DNA from: Tubulanus polymorphus
Taxonomy: Eukaryota > Animalia > Nemertea
Assembly: GCF_964204645.1 (NCBI RefSeq)
Contig: NC_134035.1
Span: forward strand, 11,688,451-11,752,450
DNA: 64,000 nucleotides
Direction: 5' to 3'
Made by a program: the position numbers and the translations under genes. Position 1 is the stretch's first letter. Each line of letters opens with the position of its first letter. The notes beneath the pieces are model-generated. The model was not told the DNA's origin. It saw only the letters and a list, made by a program, of their open reading frames with translations, and did not search any database. Shown here piece after piece: positions 36,601 through 64,000 of the stretch.

Positions 36601-37110
36601 ACCCTAGAAGAGTGTGGTTTAATGAACTACTGGGTAAATCACGAGCGAGTTAATCCTGAACTTATTGGTGAATTGATCAAACAGCGTCTTCAAGACCAAT
36701 TTACGCAAAAATGGATGGCCGATTGCCGTAACAGCTCAAAAGGACTAATGTATTCTATGATCAAAACTGAACTAAAGTTCGAACCATATTTGCATGACCT
36801 CCCTATTTCATTGCGACGCACATTGTGCCGGTTTAGATGTAGTAATCACAAACTACCGATTGAAACCGGTAGATATAGTAATACACCTCAAAACCAGAGA
36901 TTTTGTTTAAAATGCAACCAAAATGTAATTGGAAATGAATATCACTTTTTATTTGAATGTCCAGAATATACAATTCTAAGATCACAGTGCTTACCACAAT
37001 TCTGTTTAACAAGACCTAGTCATTATAAACTGATAACCCTTTTCAATTCCCCAAAAAATACTCTTGTCAAATTATGTAAGTTTCTGAAAGCAGCCTTTGA
37101 ACCTCCATGA
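33643..37110 (+). CDS. LINE ORF2: apurinic-type endonuclease, reverse transcriptase and C-terminal Cys/His knuckle (no upstream ATG)
   Basis: EN motifs NLNVCGL, LTET, GGIVILIK, VYIPP, GDFNAH, DY and SDVHCP. RT motifs KSPGPD, NYRGISL, QAGFR, FIDYEKAFD, GLKQGDNLSPLLF, LYADD and YLG. C-terminal CLKC...EYHFLFEC. Confidence 0.95.
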   Translation: MDTKSGNTPSISLLNLNVCGLKSKSKYDEFIDLLLCNDIVILTETKLDSSDEFWLNDFSEKLGFFPYVNNRTNLSVRRSGGIVILIKKVLKKYVTMEKKTSKLIHWLKFDKKMLNEDKDLLLGSVYIPPESSTYGRVELFDDLDSELISLYNCDNDYLLLCGDFNAHTRNLLDYTPIDDRYIEYLDLSEIFQDDVSAVRSLTVNDMLQRTNSDNGINNYGYRLVEFCKSHTIFICNGRLGEDKNVGKHTCVKSDNFHVVDYGIASYPLFEKIVHFKVLCFDRIFSDVHCPIEIKISSKSTIINDTNVEPVNTSRKINWNKTKIVDYMDKIHNSTGIDIIQQDLLNQAEPNTCNKRLCDTLKRTALDTMGERLLGKRTNNDKASRHHSRNVIEKRRAYRRAKRHYKSTKNEQTKQFLNNAYTNYKQSVNRERNARTTGTNHEIRMLKKSDPKSFWKFFRKKANAPQCEANFDDLVNHFHTLNRKPNYDNTEPPEGHFDFDFATLNFDALNRDLTEEEVINAIKKLKNNKSPGPDEIINEMLKSVANNLSPVLTTLFNRILDSGIYPHDWGLSTIIPLFKNKGDPNCPDNYRGISLTSCLGKLFTSLVNSRLSEFLECNQLLNLIQAGFRKKHGVTDHIFTLKSVVDLFLGKNRKLYCAFIDYEKAFDKIWRKALWKKLDNHGITGKFYNIVINMYKSVKCCVSTNGRNSEFFHSHIGLKQGDNLSPLLFSLYVNDLENFLLSKGCQSVCIDNNDEVNFWLRLLVLLYADDTLILSDSMEGLQLALDSLSEYCDLWKLKINPAKTKILIFQKRKTRLKPTFFIHQHEVEVVDEFVYLGILFNYTGTFAKCRKKIGESANKALFFVLKKVQQYSLDTDVGLELFDAMVEPILTYACEIWGYESTAILEKYHLRFCKYLLHLNRSTPNYMVYGELGRTPLAIIIKSKMVKFWAKLLWNDVSTLSGQMYKMLFNMHLLHGKTTKWLSYIKCTLEECGLMNYWVNHERVNPELIGELIKQRLQDQFTQKWMADCRNSSKGLMYSMIKTELKFEPYLHDLPISLRRTLCRFRCSNHKLPIETGRYSNTPQNQRFCLKCNQNVIGNEYHFLFECPEYTILRSQCLPQFCLTRPSHYKLITLFNSPKNTLVKLCKFLKAAFEPP

Positions 37111-37145
37111 TGTATCCCCCTAAATTACTAGATTACTAAATACTA

Positions 37146-37445
<300 letters not shown>

Positions 37446-40101
37446 TGCCACTATATTATATTATGTATTACATGAACGATATTTGTATACTGTACTTTGT
37501 ACAAAGTTACAATAAACGAAATGAAATGAAATGAAATAAAGCCGGGGGCTAAGTCAATTATGTTTTGATTGATTTAACCGACCACGGGTAACACAGATAA
37601 TGCCCATCTAAACCAGACACGGGTGTGTATACAAGAAAAGCTTTTCATTGCAGACCGGTAGTATCATCTCCTCAATTCATTAGACAATTGGCAAACGGAC
37701 TATGAAAATCGAAGACTAATAAATAACAAAGACAAACGCAATTCTAATCAAAGACATTATCATCACCGCGATACTCTGAAGGCACAATTTCCTTGAAAAT
37801 CTTAGAAACTTGCGCAGAAAAATTAATCAGTTAATTCCCGAGATGAGATCGACCGCCTCCCACCACTGTTTCATTCATTCGCTTAATATATGATCATGAG
37901 AGAAAATAGTTTCTCTGCGGGCACCGCATCGAAGCGTCCCGTTATTGAGAAACACCTCACACAAAAAAAGGAAAATACTTATTTCGTTCGTGAATATATT
38001 CTTATGTAGCTTCAAAACGCTGTTTTTCATTGATTTGGAATTTTCTAAATCTTAAAATAGGGATTGATTCTATTATTTATTTTGCTTTGTAAATTTCGTT
38101 TGAATTTTTTGATTGGATGTCCCTTACAAACCCACCACACCTGCCGCGAGCGAAACAGGGGGTTTGATTTTGAAATCGGAAATCGGAAACTATATCGAAG
38201 TACAGATATAGATGTGTGATCAACGGTCAAATTTACAGAATTTTTTGTTTAAATCGAAGTACATAATTGGGAAAGTCGGATTTGGAATATCTAATGTGTG
38301 GGAGAAATGACGAAATATCTCAATGTTCATTCCTGTTTTCATTATATCATTCTCGAATGAATTACATTTATCTATGGGTTCACGTGAATTCCTTCGTCTA
38401 TCGGGGTTATATCCAATCTCTGATTAAAAATCTCCTCTGGCTCTCGGTCACTACCGCCCGATTACCGCCCGATTATTGCCGACGGGAATCAGGCACGGCG
38501 AACTGGGAAATATTGTGTGACAGTCGTTACACGCTAGGGGCCGTTTCACAGTACTCTAGACTGGTGACTTTGGTTTGTCATTATTGCACAATATATTAAA
38601 GCATCTGGAAACGGTCCCTAGGTCCGATTACGCAAAAAATTTGAATAGATCAATCTTCAATGTGGAGTGGTATTTAATATACTCAAATAAAGTCATAGTT
38701 GAACACATTCCAACAATACTTTTACAGTGAAGTATATTAATTTATAAAACAACCATTGAACCACCTATATTCTGACATATGTAAAGTTCGCGTGGTTTCT
38801 CGAACCATGAAGCAATTATAAAGTATGTTTGGTATTTTACCTATATCAAACGCCGTTATGGAATGAGAAACAGTAGTATACCATAAGCCATTTAGGGTCA
38901 CTTCTTTCAAGCGGTCATTTTCGCAGCGGTTTTAACTTAATTAATTGCTATAATTGCAATAATCCACTTGTTGTCAGACTTTGCTGGTCTACGTTCATTT
39001 TCTTCGTTATGTCCATGTTCTCGTAATGGGCTCGTGCTGGGAAAGCAATTAATATAATTTGAACTCGGTAGAGAGAAAAAATTGGCGCTCTGCAGCGAAA
39101 CCCACAAAACCAAAACGAAGTCCCGCAGATATATAAATTATTATTTATTTTTTCATATTCAAAATAATGCGGTATAAAGAGTGTAATACAATGCTTTAGA
39201 AATCAGGCGATGTCGATGACCGAGGTGGTCAGAATATAGGAAATACCCGTCAGAAATGCCCTTAATTCTAGCATGGGTGAGCAGAGGCATTTCACCCTTA
39301 AATCTAGGGCCTACTTAGAAACATGATCGCAACGAATGCCCGAAACGGGAAATGTAGCTACCGAAAACGTTTGCGACAATACATTTATGTGACAAACCAA
39401 AATGAGATTTGCGCTGTTTTTATTACCTAATATTTCTTTGCTTCCCACATATTTTTTTCTTTGAATTTATCTTGAACTTAGAAATATCATACTCGCAATA
39501 ACTTAGTATTTACTATTCGCTATCTCGTCGCAATATATTTAAGGTATTAATTTTTTACGGTTACAGTTCGCTACATTCGCGCATTCCTTATTGCTCAACC
39601 GCAAACATTGAATGATAATTGTCACCGATAAATGCAATTAGCCTACGGGAAAAACAATAGCTACGTACGTAGTTGCTTTGTCTACGTTTCAGACCCGAAG
39701 CTGCAAGTCCAGTCAATCGTTTCTCTAAATTGCTCAGACAATTCGCGCGGTACTGGACATTGTTTTGCTGTCGTGTCTGAACACGCTTCGTGTTAACATA
39801 AAATCTAAACCGTCCAATGGTCGTGCGGCATTTCATTTACGTCACTCGACACCGGTCTATACACCTGATGTATTATTTATTACGCGTTATTTATTTATAA
39901 CAGGGACATTAAACAAGATTATTTTCATCCGAGTTAAACGTTGAACATCGAACAGAACTTCAGAAATACGATTCGTAACTTCAACCGACGGCGCTGAGAA
40001 GGACCGCGTCTGTTAACGATGCGAGGAGTGAACGATAAGCACACGCATCAAAGATAAATTAACGATTATATAACCAGCGATTAAAAGCACCGAGCATAAA
40101 A

Positions 40102-64000
<23,899 letters not shown>

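Overview
Eukaryotic, AT-rich, intron-rich animal DNA. It is most consistent with a marine invertebrate such as a lophotrochozoan, but the taxon cannot be fixed from sequence alone. In order, the window contains: (1) the 5' six coding exons of BAZ1B/WSTF (- strand), whose intron 1 is U12-type, head-to-head with a complete 6-exon mitochondrial SSBP1 gene; (2) a ~950 bp higher-order minisatellite built from TCACGTGA E-box palindromes; (3) a 3-exon Ly6/three-finger GPI-type gene; (4) three tandem 8-exon paralogs of an uncharacterised ~283-aa secreted protein with an apparent internal repeat and conserved His motifs; (5) a cluster of intronless class A GPCRs (three intact, one pseudogene) showing chimerism and probable gene conversion; (6) a non-LTR retrotransposon with two intact ORFs that are in frame and separated by one TAG; and (7) the 5' ~24 kb of a fibrocystin-L (PKHD1L1) gene with a fifth GPCR paralog nested in an intron on the same strand. 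Introns carry several MITEs and three short fold-back elements with Penelope-type minimal hammerhead ribozyme cores, two of them bounded by 13-14 bp target-site duplications. All exon structures were assembled by hand from splice signals and frame continuity. Gene names rest on recalled similarity, not on database searches.
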